Origin: Epiperipatus broadwayi
Taxonomy: Eukaryota > Animalia > Onychophora
Direction of reading: 5' to 3'
NCBI GenBank assembly: GCA_028023455.1
Contig: JAQFVV010000004.1
Coordinates: forward strand, 16,058,001-16,122,000
Length of the DNA stretch: 64,000 bases
Shown: piece after piece, positions 12,801 to 27,400 of the stretch
Numbering within the stretch: the first letter of the stretch is position 1
Layout of the letters: every line of letters starts with the position of its first letter
The notes under the pieces: generated by a model
Seen by the model: the letters and a program-made list of their open reading frames with translations, nothing else
What the model was told of the DNA's origin: nothing
Database searches by the model: none
Made by a program: the position numbers and the translations under genes

Positions 12801-15218
12801 TAAAAAAAAATATTATATTTAAAAAAATAATATATAGTATAATAATTAAGGTTGATTATTATTTTAAACTTTATAAAAAGAAGACATTACGGAAAATTTT
12901 TAAGCTTGAAATTTGACATTTGAAGTAAAATATACAAGTATATTTAAAAAAGAACCATATCTAATACATAATAATCTAAAGGTTTGCTAATGACAACATT
13001 TTATTTGTAATCATATAATGAACTATTTTCATTATCTAAATGTAATCATTAAATGTTTTTTTTCAAAAATTCAAACTTTTTAATATTTTTTTAAAATACA
13101 TTTAGTTGTTAGTGATAATGTACAAGTTAATACAGAACATACCATTTTGAATAGAAATGAATCGATAATCTTTAGATTCATGAATATTGAATTTAAATTG
13201 ATACTCTAATCAAATAGATTATTCTGTCAAAATTAACAATCAGTAGAAATTTTACTTATTTATGTATGAAAATTCTCTTTTTTCTTTGAAGGGCAAGATT
13301 ATTGAATGATTTCCAAACACTAGATTGATTTATGGGGTTATGTGAGCAACTTTTTTTAATTTTCTTATTTTTACTTGTACTTTTCTGCCCAGTACTTTTG
13401 GTTTTCTCAATCAAACATACGTTTAGTGATACATGCATGATTTGTTACTTTAGAAAAATCTGTATTTTTTCTCTAATCAATGTTTTATGTTATTTTAATT
13501 ACTATTTGATGAGACAACTAGTTGTAGGAATGGTTCTTGTATTTAGCATTTCAAATGTTTACTGATTGTTGCCTTTGACAGTACAGCCTACTTAGTTAAA
13601 GTCTTATCTTATATTGATGAATCTAAATATAATTGGTTTGATTTTCTTCCTAATTACTAAAGAGACAGTCAAAATATTGTATTTTGTATTAATTCTTGTG
13701 TTATTACTAACAGATGAATATATTTGGAAAAGTATAAATAAGTATATAATTTTTTTTAAAAAACATTTGTCAATTTCAGCCAGAAGATAGAAATAGTTCT
13801 GCATATAACAGCAAATACCTAATATGCATGTTTTGAAAAAGAAAATATCTTATTTCATTTAAATTTTTAGATTTCATTAAAAGCAAATATTATTAACATA
13901 CTATAGTTATATAATAAACAAAATACACTAGAATAACTTTACAAAGTTGAAATTGCCTATATAAAATTAAAAAATAATTTCTTTGCTATAATCAGCTTAC
14001 AATTTTCAATAATAAAACAGTGTAATTGTGTTAGTATTCATAATTTATGGAAAGTTGGACATTCATGTGATGTTATTATTGTGTGACTTTAATGAGATTT
14101 AAATATTAATGTTGTATTGCTACTCAAGATGGCAGAAGTCATAAGCTGGCTATAGCAGAGAAATTATTTTTTAATTTTATATAGGCATTTTTAATTTTGT
14201 AGTTATTCTCGTGTATTTTGTTTATTATATTTATATCGCTTGATATTATATAATTATATAATGTAAAATGGATTTTGGTCTGTACATATTTTGTTTATTT
14301 ATTTACTTTCAAGCAAAAAAAAAAATAAACAGATCCATCTTTCTTACTACTGTTACAATGCTTGTTTTATTAAAATTAATCAACTGCAGTTTTAACTTAT
14401 TAGCAATCTTCTTCAGAGCAATATTCACTGGGTCTATTTCTTATATAAATACATGATTACACAAATAGTTTATCATATAAATAAGCAACTTAACATTATA
14501 TCTCTCTATAAGTTCACTCATTTTTTTATATAAGCCCTGGACATAAGCTGTTGTTGTTATGTTTTTCACAAGTTATTAGTTTGAAAATCATCTATCATTT
14601 TTTGTGTTCAGTAACTTATTCTGAAAAGTTACAGAATAATAGAATGACAAGAATATAAGTACAATTTTTTCATTCTAAAATTGGCATATTTGCAAGAAAA
14701 TAGATGATGTGTTTGATAGAAGTTATAAAATATGTTTTATGCATTTGTGTAGATAGTATAGTTTAATTAAAAAAAACACTTTATAAAAAATTAATATGTT
14801 ATAAAAATATAAAAAGCTTTATTTTATAAATGGCCTGAATAATGTGCCCACCATATCCATAATTTATTTAAATCACATGGACCTTAGGGAATTACTTTAA
14901 TATAACTAGAAATTGTTATAAACACTCTTAAGGGTGTTTTCTTTTAAGATAGTTAACATATAATAATACATTGAATATTTACCCCTTTTATAATGTATCC
15001 ATTTTCTAACAACAAATCACTGAATTCTTTAGCTTTCATTTTTTTCCACCACCTCTATGTCACTTACTATAGTCTGGAATCATGTGATAGTTTCTTTGGC
15101 TTTCACAATACAGGATATGATAAAAAAAAAAAAAAGCAGTTCTTAGCTTGAATAATAAAATAGAGCAAGAGGAAGTCACTAAATGCATAACTACATTACT
15201 CCCAGCTTTGAATACCAA

Positions 15219-15260
15219 ACCTCATTGATAACGGTAGAAGTCAGAAACCAGTCTAGAGGT
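15219..15260 (+). ncRNA. Hammerhead-like motif, U3-A8 variant, inside a dispersed repeat (sibling at about 1515-1595)
   Basis: ACCTCA TTGATAA C GGT AGAA GTC A GAAAC CA GTC TAGAGGT. The flank aatgcataactacattactcccagctttgaataccaaac matches 1515-1550. Confidence 0.55.
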
Positions 15261-15631
15261 GGAAATTTAAATGCACTGTCATCTATTATCACTGAATTAA
15301 TCTTTGGATTTATTTTAAAAACAAAATGTGAAGCAATCTTTATCTACAATCATTGATCTCATAAAATGATACCTTAAATTGGATTAAATAGTGCTATTGA
15401 TGATGATCAGTAGTATTCCTAAATATAATAAGAATGGTAAATGAATGATTTGTGAGATATGTGAGCATCAGAAGTGACAATTGGGCTATTGGGACCATGA
15501 ACTCCTGAGTCTGTCCCTATACCATTCTATCCTAACAGAAACACAATAATTATAAAATATTTATAAATTTATTTTTAATATATATGTTTTATTGTTTGTT
15601 TATTTATAAAGTGTTTTTTTTTTTTAATCAG

Positions 15632-15763
15632 ATATGAAAGATGACGATACTGAACTAGAGGAATTAGAAGACCAAGCAGGAACCTACCATTGTGAGTCAT
15701 GTGGATGTAGCTTTAATAGTTTGGATCATTTTATGGATCATAGAAACTATGACTGCATTTCAG
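15632..15763 (+). CDS. Internal exon of a host zinc-finger gene (acidic stretch + C2HC finger C-x2-C-x12-H-x4-C)
   Basis: Polypyrimidine tract + CAG acceptor and CAG|GTATTT donor. 132 nt, phase 1-1. Reads (D)MKDDDTELEELEDQAGTYHCESCGCSFNSLDHFMDHRNYDCIS(G). This spacing occurs in FOG/U-shaped-type and ZFP64/ZNF341-like N-terminal fingers; the orthologue cannot be assigned. Confidence 0.8.
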
Positions 15764-18700
15764 GTATTTTTTGATTCTAGAATTTTTTTTCACTCTTTTA
15801 ACATTAATTAGTATTAGAATCTTTATTTTTGTTTATAATTAATTTAAATAGTTATTAATTTTCTTTAAAAAAAAACTAATTGATCTTTGGGCAGTCATTA
15901 AAATTTAATTGTTATATTTTCTTACTGTTAAGTGTCTTGCGGAGAACATCGGCGCTAATTGAACAATTTAGGTGCCTTCTAATTTATGAAATGATTTCAG
16001 AAGTCGTAATATTCTCATTTAAAAAGAAATCGTAAATAAATTATGAATCTTCCAACAGCAAGTTTAAATTTAAATGAATTAATTTTTTTGTTTGATTGTT
16101 ATATATATATAATTTTAAAAAGTAAGATAAATATTATATTAAACAAATAGAAATTGAATAAAGTTGTATATATACAGTAACTATAATTATTTAACATGTG
16201 AAAGTATCCTTAAATTCATGCAAATATATGTGTGAAATATCGTTATGCATGTATTCTTATAAATTTATATAAATGCTTTTAATAAGAAAATATCAAAGGA
16301 AATAAATTGTATAATATGTTTACTGTACTATAATTATTTAATATGTGAAAATATTTTCAAGTATATATATACCATATAATACTAAATTGTCAAGCACTTT
16401 ACTACTGTTACACAATGCAGTTGAGGTTAGGAGAATAAGAAAGAGTAGTTATATTTCTTGAAGAAGATAATGGTATATATGTATAACAGAACTATCATCA
16501 TATGGGTTTACATGTGAATTTATATATTTTTAATCAGAAAAATATTGAAATAATTTTATGTATTGAAATAAAAATGAAAGTATTTGGAAATTATATATAT
16601 AAATAATACGTAATTAGATTAAATTTATGTCTGTATTTTTAAAAAAATATGTGAATATGTAATTCTGTAATTTTTCTAATTATGTATTATTATTATTTTT
16701 ATAAAAAAAAAAGTGTTATTAAAACACTTTTAATATGATTGTTATCTATTAAATAACCCTTACCAAAGTCAGTTTTTTTGATTGCAATCAATACATTTGT
16801 AGGCAACAAGTTTTTGGGTGTGGCAAAATTTGGATAAATTACATGAAAAGTAAAAAAATCACCCCCCCCCCTTTCTGTTAAAACAAAATTCAGGGTGTTA
16901 ATAATTAAATTTTTGCATAATAAAACTAGGTGATACTGAATATTTTTTTAAAAATCAAGCATTTAAAGTAGTAGTTCTTAACCAGTCTTTTTGGAAGCAA
17001 TCTAGAAATGACAAGTTTGTTTGGTCATTGCTTTAATGGAATACACTTAAAAATACAGACTGCATTGATGTTCAGCCGAACTGATTTACAAATGACTCAA
17101 GCAGCCATTAAATGGTATGGGCATTATACTTCTCATCTAGTTTGCTTTTTGAATTAAAGCATTACAGTCTTTATGTTAATGCAACTTCATTTTTCTTTTC
17201 CAGCCCTTTTTATAGTTTTTATAGTATTTTATTAGAATATGTCTCTGCCAAAACACATATTTCCTGTTTCAGGTTTATATTCTCACATTTCCAAAACATA
17301 TTGCATATTCTTAACATATTCTTAACTATATTTCAAAAATAATGTTAATTATTTCTAGTTTATCCTAAAAACAACTTTAGTGATTTGGTTAATTATTGTT
17401 TTTCTAACAAAATTTGACTTCAAAATATTTTATATACTCAAGTGACTATTCTATATATTCATAATAATTTATGTTCAACTTGATTTGTACAAAAGTTTTA
17501 AAAATTATTGCCATCAATACTACCAATATAATAATAACAAAACCTTTGATCCTGTCTGTTTAATATTTATAGATTGGATTCACTAAACCTATATTTATAT
17601 ATCAAATTAAAGATGTTTGCTTTTATAAGGGATCCACAGTTTGACTTCTATCAGCATGACTTTTCCCTTTCTTTTTTTAAAAAACAATCTTATGAACATA
17701 TTGTAAAATTTATTTTGTCAAGTGGGCCAACTGATCTTGGGGGTCATTTGTCTTTTATTGTATCTTCATTTATATGAAGAATAAAAAAAAGAAAGAGGAA
17801 GTATGGAGATTATTAAAATAAATAAAAAACTATTTAAATGTGAGTATGTTTACAAATTTAGCACACATAGTTCTCATTAATTAATCAAACACAAATTTAT
17901 TTATTTATTCATTAATTTCTTTGACTATATGAAAAAGTATTGATGTATTTATTTATTGTATTTTATAATTTGTTGCTATTTCTCAATTTAAATCAGCCTG
18001 CACTTATCTATCTGTGGTGTGACTCGATATTCAAACTTATAATAGATTATTTTTAAATGAACAGAATTACTTTGCTGGAAGCATGTGAGTAAATATATGA
18101 CAAAGTTTTGTGATTTTTTTATTATTAATCTTTCTAGAAAAAACACAGGAGAGGTTATTCTTGGCAAAATCTAAGATCTCTACAATGTATATCATGAGAT
18201 AGAGAGGGAAGTAAACTGATAGCATGAATAATTCAGGTGGATGGAATAATATAGCTCAATCTGACATGTTTGCATCCTTTTATAAACAGTATGTAGACTG
18301 TTTTCACAAGAAAAGATGTAATTCTATCATAATGTGGAAAACTGATAGGCATAAAGCATAATTAAACTCATACATTTATATAATTATATTTTCATAATTG
18401 TTAGAATTTTCAAATATTATCACAGATTTACAATGTAAAAAATAAATTTCAAACTAGGAAGCAAGTACTTTTACCTATATTAAATGAAAATAAACACATT
18501 ATTATCATACTTCAGGGTAAATATGAACATTTGCAGTCTTCTATACTCACTAAACTTCAAAATAATAAAACAGAAATCAACTAATAAAAACCAAAGTAGT
18601 AATATGTTTAAAGTTATTTTGAATTTCAGCTATATATATGCTGGAAAAAATATTTTGGGTGGATTTTACCAAATTTTGAAATTATTTAGAAAACAATCAC

Positions 18701-19871
18701 ACTGTATACAAAAAATAAATGTTTTAAGAGGCATTTAGAAATTATTGGAAAATTTTACATTTTCAGTACTTAAACTTGCTAAAGTAGATATCAAGAATTG
18801 AAAAAAAACATTTTAATCAATAAGCTACCATTGCTCTTAAGAGTAAAAATTCACACTATTAAAAAAACATCAAATTAAACAAAAAGTCTTCTCAAAAACA
18901 GTTATTTCTTGCAATTATCAAATAATTTACATGGATTTTTCTTATAAAGGAAGGAATTAGTTTTTTATGTACATCAATCAATTAATTGTTTGACTGAAAC
19001 TTTATAATAAATATATTTTGCAAAAAGATGAAACCACTAATTTTCAGGATTTTTAAATACTACTAAGTATTTGTTAAATGTAGATGTAAATATTGTTGGA
19101 GAAGACTTGGTCATGTGTGCGTTTCTACAAAGTAACACCATTGCATTAACAATTTTTTTACAATGATTGACTTTATTTGGGAAACTATATCAAAGGTCAT
19201 CCCAATAGGAACTTTGAAATGATGGGAAATATGAAGTTAACTGTTATATAATCTTAAATGTTGCATTTCAAATAACAGACATTGTGTTATACATGAATAA
19301 GAGCTCTAGTAACGAAAACGTTATCAGTATATTTAAAAATTATGATGGAAGAAACTATAAGAATTATGATTTTGTCATATCTTGATCACTTCATGAAACT
19401 CAGATTATTTGACATTTTTCCTGATAAATTGAATAGCCAATAGGAAGATAGTTATGTAAAAACAATGTATTAATGAGACTTTGTAAACTTTTAGTGAATT
19501 ACAATTTTAAAAGCATATGCACCTGATAAATGTTTTATGTAGTTTGTTTTTGTTTTTCTGAATAAATAAAAATAATAATACAATCATTTTTTTACAGTCA
19601 CTTTACAATCATTTTTTTTTTATAATTTCCAAAAATCGTAGTTGATAGTTTTTGGTTTAGAATTCTATTTACAATTGTAGTTAAACCAATCAGTTTCACT
19701 ACACATAACTATATAATCTGTATTTACTGATAAAATATCACACAACTGTATGTTATTATTGTATTTATTTAATTTCTGACTATTTAAAATATAAGTTTAA
19801 AAAAACTTCTGTTAAATAATTTTGGAATTGACTAAATAAAAAGGTACTCCAAGATGTACAATGGTGTAGTT

Positions 19872-20307
19872 CAGGAGTGGCCAACTTTTGTGTTCATAAG
19901 ATCTACTTTTTATTTTGAAAATGTGTTGCGAATGACTTGTTGTCATAGGTGTAGTAAGTGGAGGGAAGTGTGAAACACATACTGTTATATATCTACCTTC
20001 GTAAAAAAATAACATAATTATTTAACAGGCCAAAAAACTCATGTCCAGGGGAATTAAGGCAACATTAGTAATTATTAACAATATTTATTATTCAAATTAG
20101 CTACATTAAGTCAAGATTAAAAATATTATTTTCAATAATGATACAACTTAGTGGAGTTCACCTATCTAGAAATGAAAAAAAAAAAAAAGAACAAAAACAA
20201 AAATAACAAAAAAACTTGATAATCTTGACTTAGATTGGCCTCGCAATTGACCAAAATTGGCTTCATGATAGACCAGCGGATCATGATCGACTTGTTGGCC
20301 ACCCCTG
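19872..20307. mobile_element. hAT-superfamily MITE (Buster/Charlie-like)
   Basis: TIRs CAGGAGTGGCCAAC / GTTGGCCACCCCTG. Exact 8-bp TSD GTGTAGTT (19864-19871, 20308-20315) with central TA. Confidence 0.85.
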
Positions 20308-21895
20308 GTGTAGTTCAAATATTCTTTTCTTATGCTACAACTGATTTAGGTCAGACTTATTTTCTATTATATTGCAACAAAGCCTGATTGTAGGTCTTGA
20401 TCTCATCTTACAGAAGCATTTTATGTCTAATATAAAACAAATTTGTGATTTAAAGATGCAACAACACTCATCTTTTTAAAAAAAAATCATAGTTAATGTT
20501 ATTTTAGTATGTATGCACATTAATTTCTTTAATATAATATAGGTTTAGTTTTTTAACTGAGTTTATAATTTTTATACACATATTTTTATTTTGTTTTCAA
20601 GAATAAAATACACTTTTTTTTTTATTGTAAATAGTCACAAATGAAAAAAATACTAATACTGACTTTCATTTGCATATGTAAATTTATTCAAATACTGAAT
20701 CACATATGCTTGCATAACTTTTTTTTATATAAATATATTTAATCTATGGTATATATTCACCAAAAAATGTAATTCTTAATCTATAAAATCATTATAAATT
20801 ATTTTCTATCATATTTCTATTTATAATTATTCTTATTTTTTGGTTGATGCATAATATTAAACAATATTTACTGTGAAAATATTAACTATATTTATAAACA
20901 TCCGTTTTATCATTTTATATTAATATAATAATGTTCTATATAACATTTTTAATTTTAAGAGAAATCAAAACTATTTGTAACATGACAGAAAATTCAATTA
21001 CTTTTTATAAAATATTTTTTTTCATAAACATTAGATTTTTTTTTAACAATCTTATGTGTGTGTTTTTCCCCCCTCCAGCAGGGTTTCTGAACTTGACAAT
21101 GTATAAATGTATTGCCATTCTTGATTATAAACAGACTGTTTGAGCTAGGGCTTTAATGCCACAACCTTTTTCTTTTACAACCACGCCCCCTTCACTCAAA
21201 AATACAATTATGTGTCAATCACAATGAATAGAACAAACAGAAGTTTTCTTTAACAAGATGTTTTCTAATAGATAGCATAAATCAAAGTTGATCTAACTGA
21301 AAAATATTAACTAGGCATCTCTGTGTGAGACATCACATATATATACATTTTGTGAAACAGTATTTTTAAAACAAGTCAATATTTCAATATAAAAATAATT
21401 TTTAAACTTAATATATTTTAATAAAGTTAAATTTTATTCAGTTAATGGCCTTAAAAACTAGAGAGTATTCTAAATGCTTCTTTTATATATACAAATTATA
21501 GACATAATTTATATATGTTTTCTACTTTCTATGTGCATTCACAAATTTATTTATAAAATATCATGTAAAATTTATGACTTTTACATTGAAATGTAAAGAA
21601 ATTAATCAAACTTTTCTTTAAATTCCAAGTTGAACTACTTATTAATTACAAGTAAGTTTGATTTATTAGCTAAGTTGGGATATTTAACTGTAAAACAATA
21701 ACAAAATGAGAAAAAAACAAATTACATATACAGTATATTATTGTGTTAAATTTTAAATTTTGAAGTATTTGCTTTTATTATATTGAACCCACTAGAATGA
21801 AGATGGGATATGTCCAAACATTTAATTGTGGTCTAGCTTTCCAATCACATTTAATTATTTAATGTGTTCCATTTATTTTATTATACATAATAAGT

Positions 21896-22013
21896 TCCAA
21901 ATCACCAATCTTCATGTTAAGATATTTCAGTGATGCCCTCTGTGAACAAATATAAATTCTGAACTTCAAATAGCTAAACCCAAATATCTTACCATTGTGA
22001 TTGGTGATTTGAA
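21896..22013. repeat. Small foldback (about 32-bp imperfect inverted arms)
   Basis: ttccaaatcaccaatcttcatgttaagatattt vs the inverse of aaatatcttaccattgtgattggtgatttgaa. No ribozyme core seen. Confidence 0.55.
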
Positions 22014-22106
22014 TTTTCTATCTATGTCAGCTTGTGTTATGCATTATGATATTTTCTTAAATAATAAGCTTATATATAACTAGTAAAAGCAATGTGCTTC
22101 AAAGTT

Positions 22107-23132
22107 CATTTCAACAAAAATTTTATTAATAATAAATAGTGATTACATACTAATAAAGGATAGATAAATGAATAAATTGTACAATAATATGATTGTATAA
22201 TGTTCTATTTGTTATCTGGCTAGATTTTGTTATGAGAGTACAATTGTTATACTCTTATGTTGTTAGGTATAGTGATGAGATTCTAATAACTTGATTAATG
22301 GAATAAGCATTTTTAATATAAACATGAATATTTTCTTTTAGAATTTCCTATTCTATAATGCTGGGTAGGTGGGAGTTGATAATCAGGAAAAGGAAAGTGC
22401 AGTTAAAGACCAGGTGTCATCAAAGACTTTATTGGAGGCCAGGAGCTGGTCACGTTTCTTGATTTTTTTGAGAATGGTATGATTTGTGGCGGGGGTAATT
22501 CCATGAGAGTTTTGCATCTCACTATCCATATGGAATAAAGGACAAAGGTAGAAAGCCTTATTATTGAAAAAAACCCATTATGAATGGCATTTTCAAGTGA
22601 GAAAATCATATCAGGTCTTATGTTGGAATTGATTATAATTATATCTTTCAGTATTTTAAGTCTTGGGCACCGGTGTATAATATGGTCTATGGTTTCATCT
22701 TCACGAGCACACAGACCACATATAGGGTCAATGCTGGTAAAACCTCTTTGGTGATAAAGGAACCAATTCGTGGGAAGCGCATTAAGATTTATTTTAATGA
22801 TGAAGTCAAGGAATTTGGGTTCCAGACTCCATCTTTTAAAGTGTGAAATGAGTCTTTGGTTGGTTACTTTTAGGCTGGTTTTTATGGGTTGTTGATTATA
22901 GTTGATTATATTGTATGCTTCCCATAAGGTGATTTTTTTGTTAAGGTTAAAGGGCATTATTGGGTTATAAAGTTGTAGGTGGTCTATTAGGGAGGCTATC
23001 CATGAACTGGCAGAGGGCGGAGGACGATCTGTCGGTGTAATTTTTTTAATAATGTTGGAGTATCCACAGGAGAGGATCAGATTATGTAGAGTGTTGTGGG
23101 TTTTCTGTAAAATTATTGCTTGTATTGAGTGG
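22107..23132 (-). mobile_element. 5'-truncated L1/Tx1-like LINE insertion (zf-RVT region)
   Basis: ORF 22403-22957 with CGLC..ETIDHIIHRC. Flanked by the exact 16-bp direct repeat AATGTGCTTCAAAGTT (22091-22106, 23133-23148). AATAAA near the 3' end. Confidence 0.8.
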
Positions 23133-23148
23133 AATGTGCTTCAAAGTT

Positions 23149-24400
23149 AAATCAGAATGTAACATGTTTTCATTTGGTAAAGATGTCAATCTATTTTGTT
23201 TAATAATTATTATTTTTCTTGAATGTCTCTCAACATAAGTATTTAATTGTATTACCACATATTAAACAAATCATAATTAATAAGTGTGTGGTAGTAATCA
23301 TTATTTCCCCCAGGTTATAGTAGATCCCATGAAGCAATCTCTATGGTCAAATAATAAATGTTAACTTTTTGGCAGATGTTTTAAGTGTCTATAATACTAT
23401 TTCCACAGTATTCATGGAACTGTTGAACAGAAGGATAATGTTTGTTTTGAAAAATTGCTTTACATCTTACTAACTCTATGAATGTCAGAAATGATAAGGC
23501 AGTTTTTATTGTCTCTTTGCTAAAATCTTGTTTAGTGGATTTAAAAAGGGACAATAATCAGCAATAAGTAAAAAAGTTTTTTCATCTGATCCATGTAATT
23601 TACAAATTATATCAAAAAACCATATATGAATTTTATACCAGTATGAGTCAATGATTCAACCAATAAAATATAATTAATACTTTTATAAATGAATAAATAT
23701 CAATCAACCCTATGAATGAAATGTATCATCATTCATAGATTTTTGTACATTATTTGAGGTATATAGATCTGAACTCTCATATCTAGATAGACTATTCTCT
23801 AGCTTACAAAATAAGTTTTCCTAATTTTATCAAAGTAGAGATGGTAAACAGGAAAATTGTTGTGATAATATAGGGTTTCCACATATTCTACCAAATGGCT
23901 TAGCTTTTATGGATTGACAAAACAATTTAGCTTCAACTAATCCAAGACCATCATCTTTCGTTGGTGTTTTTAAAGTCTTTTTTGTTTCTGATCCCCACAA
24001 ATAATTATTTATTAATGTCTGGTATTGTTATATTGGTTATACAATTCCAAGGTGTGTAGACAAAAGACCTTCGAAGATAGAATTAACTATTTAAATTTTT
24101 GTTCTCCAATAGCATTTAATCAGATTGAAAGTTAATAATTCAGTTCAAAAATGTATTGGTAATTAATTTATTAATTATTAAATTGGTTTGGGCATTGACA
24201 CACATGCTGGAATAGCAAATGGAATTGCTGTAAAAATTATGGACTATTTCTTTTTGTTAATATCTGTTATGCTCCTGATATAATTCATCCAATTATTCTT
24301 GAAAAACTTTTAAGCAGTACTCAATAATAAAATGTTAGAAACTTCTCTGGTAATTATCATGATATTATCAACTTAGGCAAATATACTTATCTCTTTCTAG
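23149..24400 (-). pseudogene. Old L1/Tx1-like LINE (host copy), C-terminal part of RT
   Basis: Decayed motifs KEISIFA*VDN (YADD region, about 24364-24396), LWGS (about 23990-24004) and DDGLG (23941-23955). Confidence 0.6.
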
Positions 24401-24401
24401 A

Positions 24402-27400
24402 TTTTTTTTTTTTTTAACTTTATTAGTAACAAAATATTTACAAGAATTAGTATATTTACATTAAGAGCTTTTTACATTTTTTTTTTAATTTTTAATTTCT
24501 TAGGATGTTTTTAGAATATAATGATTTAAAACAAGATTATTACTATCATGGCATTAATGAGCAACTAAGGAATACATTGCTTTGCCATATTTTTCTTGTG
24601 ACATTATTAGGTATATATTTCTGAGGATAAAGATAAATGTTATACTATTCTTTGTTATTTTTTTTAAGTACATTGTATTTTTTGTTATCAAATATTATAG
24701 CACAACAGGCAAGCCATATTGTTCTTAGAGTGTGAATGGTTACAAGGGCATTGAATGGTTTTAATTTCTTTATATTATTTATTAGGATATTTTTTAAATT
24801 AATTGTGTCTTTGTGGAATACAAAGTGGCGTAAGGTTGAAAAGAATGGACATGTCTCAAAGATATGTGATGAATTTTCCGGGAACAAATTGCATAGTATA
24901 CAAGTAGGATCAATGTTTAGTTTAAATCGATTTATGAGAAATAACTTTGTTGGTATTATATCAAGTAGCAGATTATACAGGAATTTTAACCATGAGTGAG
25001 GCACATACAAATTTTGAAATTTAGTCAGTATTCTTGCAGTAGATAGTGTTGACCAAAGTTGTCTATCGAGATAATTAATTTTTTTTAGATCTTTGTATGA
25101 CAAACCAATTAGAGTATTAATGTTATAATTGACCAGTAAATCAGCATGCTCAATGGCATGATCAGTGAAAAAGTGGCAATTCACATATGGAGTAATAGCA
25201 AGCAGAAGTAGAGGTGGAGGAGTTGTCCTTAAAAAGGGATTAGTAGTGGTAACGATGTACATCTTAGCTCTAATGTAGGAGGTGAATGATTGAGGAGCTA
25301 TTAGGTTAATCCCACCCTTGCATATTGGAAAACAGGTATTTTCTATTGATAGAAGATGTGATATTGATCCCCATATATATATATATTTTTGCTATGCACA
25401 TGAAATATTTAATAGTTTTTTTTTGAAGATGCATCCAAGGGCTGTAATAGGCAAGAATACCTCCTAGAATGGCATTGATGATATGAACTTTCATTATAGG
25501 GTACAGTAATCTTGAGTTGAAGCACTTTATTTTTTTATTAAATTTGTCTATGACAAGAAGATTTAAGTGATGACTTAGTTGTGTTTTTGAGAGATTAATA
25601 GGTATGCCAAGAAATGAAGAAAATGAACCTGTAAAGTGTGAGGGAAGACTGCGACCGGTAGCAATTTGCCATAAGGAAGTTTATGAAGTAGCATAGGTAT
25701 ATTTTGCAGGTCCCTGAATATTATCAAAACATCATCAACATATGAAATGATCTTAACAGTTGTGTCTAGGTGTGGAAGAAAAATACCATCTATGCATTGC
25801 TCTATGTCCTTAATCAAGGGGTCTATGTATATTGCAAAAAGTAATGATGCAAGTGGGGAGCCTTGTGGGATACCTCTACTTGGCTTAAAGGGTTGAGAGA
25901 GTCTCATGTAATTTTTTAGTCTAATCATTCTATTGTTAAGATAGTTTTTAATAGCTGTAACAAGGTGTGTATGATTTGAAAGCATTTGATTAAGTACAGA
26001 GAATAAGAAGTTCCAATTTACAATGTCAAAGGCAGACTTAAAGTCTACCTGGCATGCCACATAGTTTGTTAGTTTGTTTTGTTTAATATAAAGTATTGCT
26101 TCTTGTGCTAATAATATTGCTTGAGATGCTTTTTGCCCTTTGACTGCAAAGTGTGAAGGGGAAATTTTAGATAAAGCATAGATATTTAACTGTTTAAGTG
26201 TGATTCTAGCAAACATTTTCTGATCAATGTCTTCTAAGGTAATGAGACACAAATCATTTACTGTTGGATGTGGATTTTTAGAGTTTTTTCTTATATAGAA
26301 TACTATATTTGTTGATAAGTTAGGGATGTGATATTCCTTCGAACAAAGTTGATTGTAGTATTTCTGTAGGTATGGAGATATAATGCATTCCATTTGCTTA
26401 TATATGTTAGCTGGAATGAGGTCATTTGCTAGTGAGAATGTTGTTTTAAATACACTATTTCATCAAAAACTTGTTGTTTAGATATGTAGTAATTTTGTGT
26501 ACAGTTTGTCTCATTTGTAAATAACTGTGAAGAGCTATGAGATTTTTTAAGGGAAATATTCAAGTGGTGCAGAAGTGCCTCGTCAACATAAGTACCAGAG
26601 AGGAGAGAATTATCTTTTGATAGAATGGAAATGCCACAAGCATATGGAATTGGAAATTTTGCATAATTTATTGTGGTTTTTGTTAGTGCTGATAGATTTG
26701 GTAAAAATTTTCTAGCCTAAAAACCATGTTGTTCTGGTTATATAACTGAGTTAAATGTTTGTTTTCACATTGGAGCTTATAGATAAGATCTTTTGCCTCA
26801 TCAAACCTTGTTATAGCTTTAAGGGTTGAGTTTATATCTTCAATACGTTGTTTTATAAGGTTATTAGAGTTATAGTGCGATAGGCGATCTGAACAGCACA
26901 TGTTTAGTATTTTTTTGAGTTGAGACCATTTTTCAATTGGGGAGAGATTTTTCATCTGATGTAGGTGGTTGCTTACTATTAATATATTACAGAAATTATC
27001 TATGGTAAGTTTGAATTGTCTAGGGAGATGTTTCTTATATGAGAATTTATATATAGTTTGTCTGTTATGCGGGCATTTTTGCATGAGTGTTACACAGATG
27101 TGGTCAGAAAATGAGACTGCAGTTAGATGAATTGAGGCTTTTAGGTTTATAGAAGAACTAAAAAATAGATCTATGAGAGAGGATTCTTATGCACCCATGA
27201 ATGTAACAGCATTTGTTGGATATAGGTGTGCTAATGGCAGCAGGGCAACTTGTGAAAGTTTGGCTTTCAAGGAGAGTGGCAAACCATTGTAGCTGCAGTT
27301 AAAGTCACCGCACATGATAACTGTACCGGGCTTATGTAATATTTTGTTATGCACAACCAGTAGGGTATCTACAACATCCTTTGCCTTTTGACATGAATAT

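Noticed and set aside
913-21143. The remaining 60-85-aa ORFs in the track (and similar ones to 61.7 kb)
   Set aside because: Their I/F/L/K/N-rich composition is expected by chance in AT-rich DNA, many start at alternative codons, and none has a motif. The exception is 2404-2586, which is reported above.
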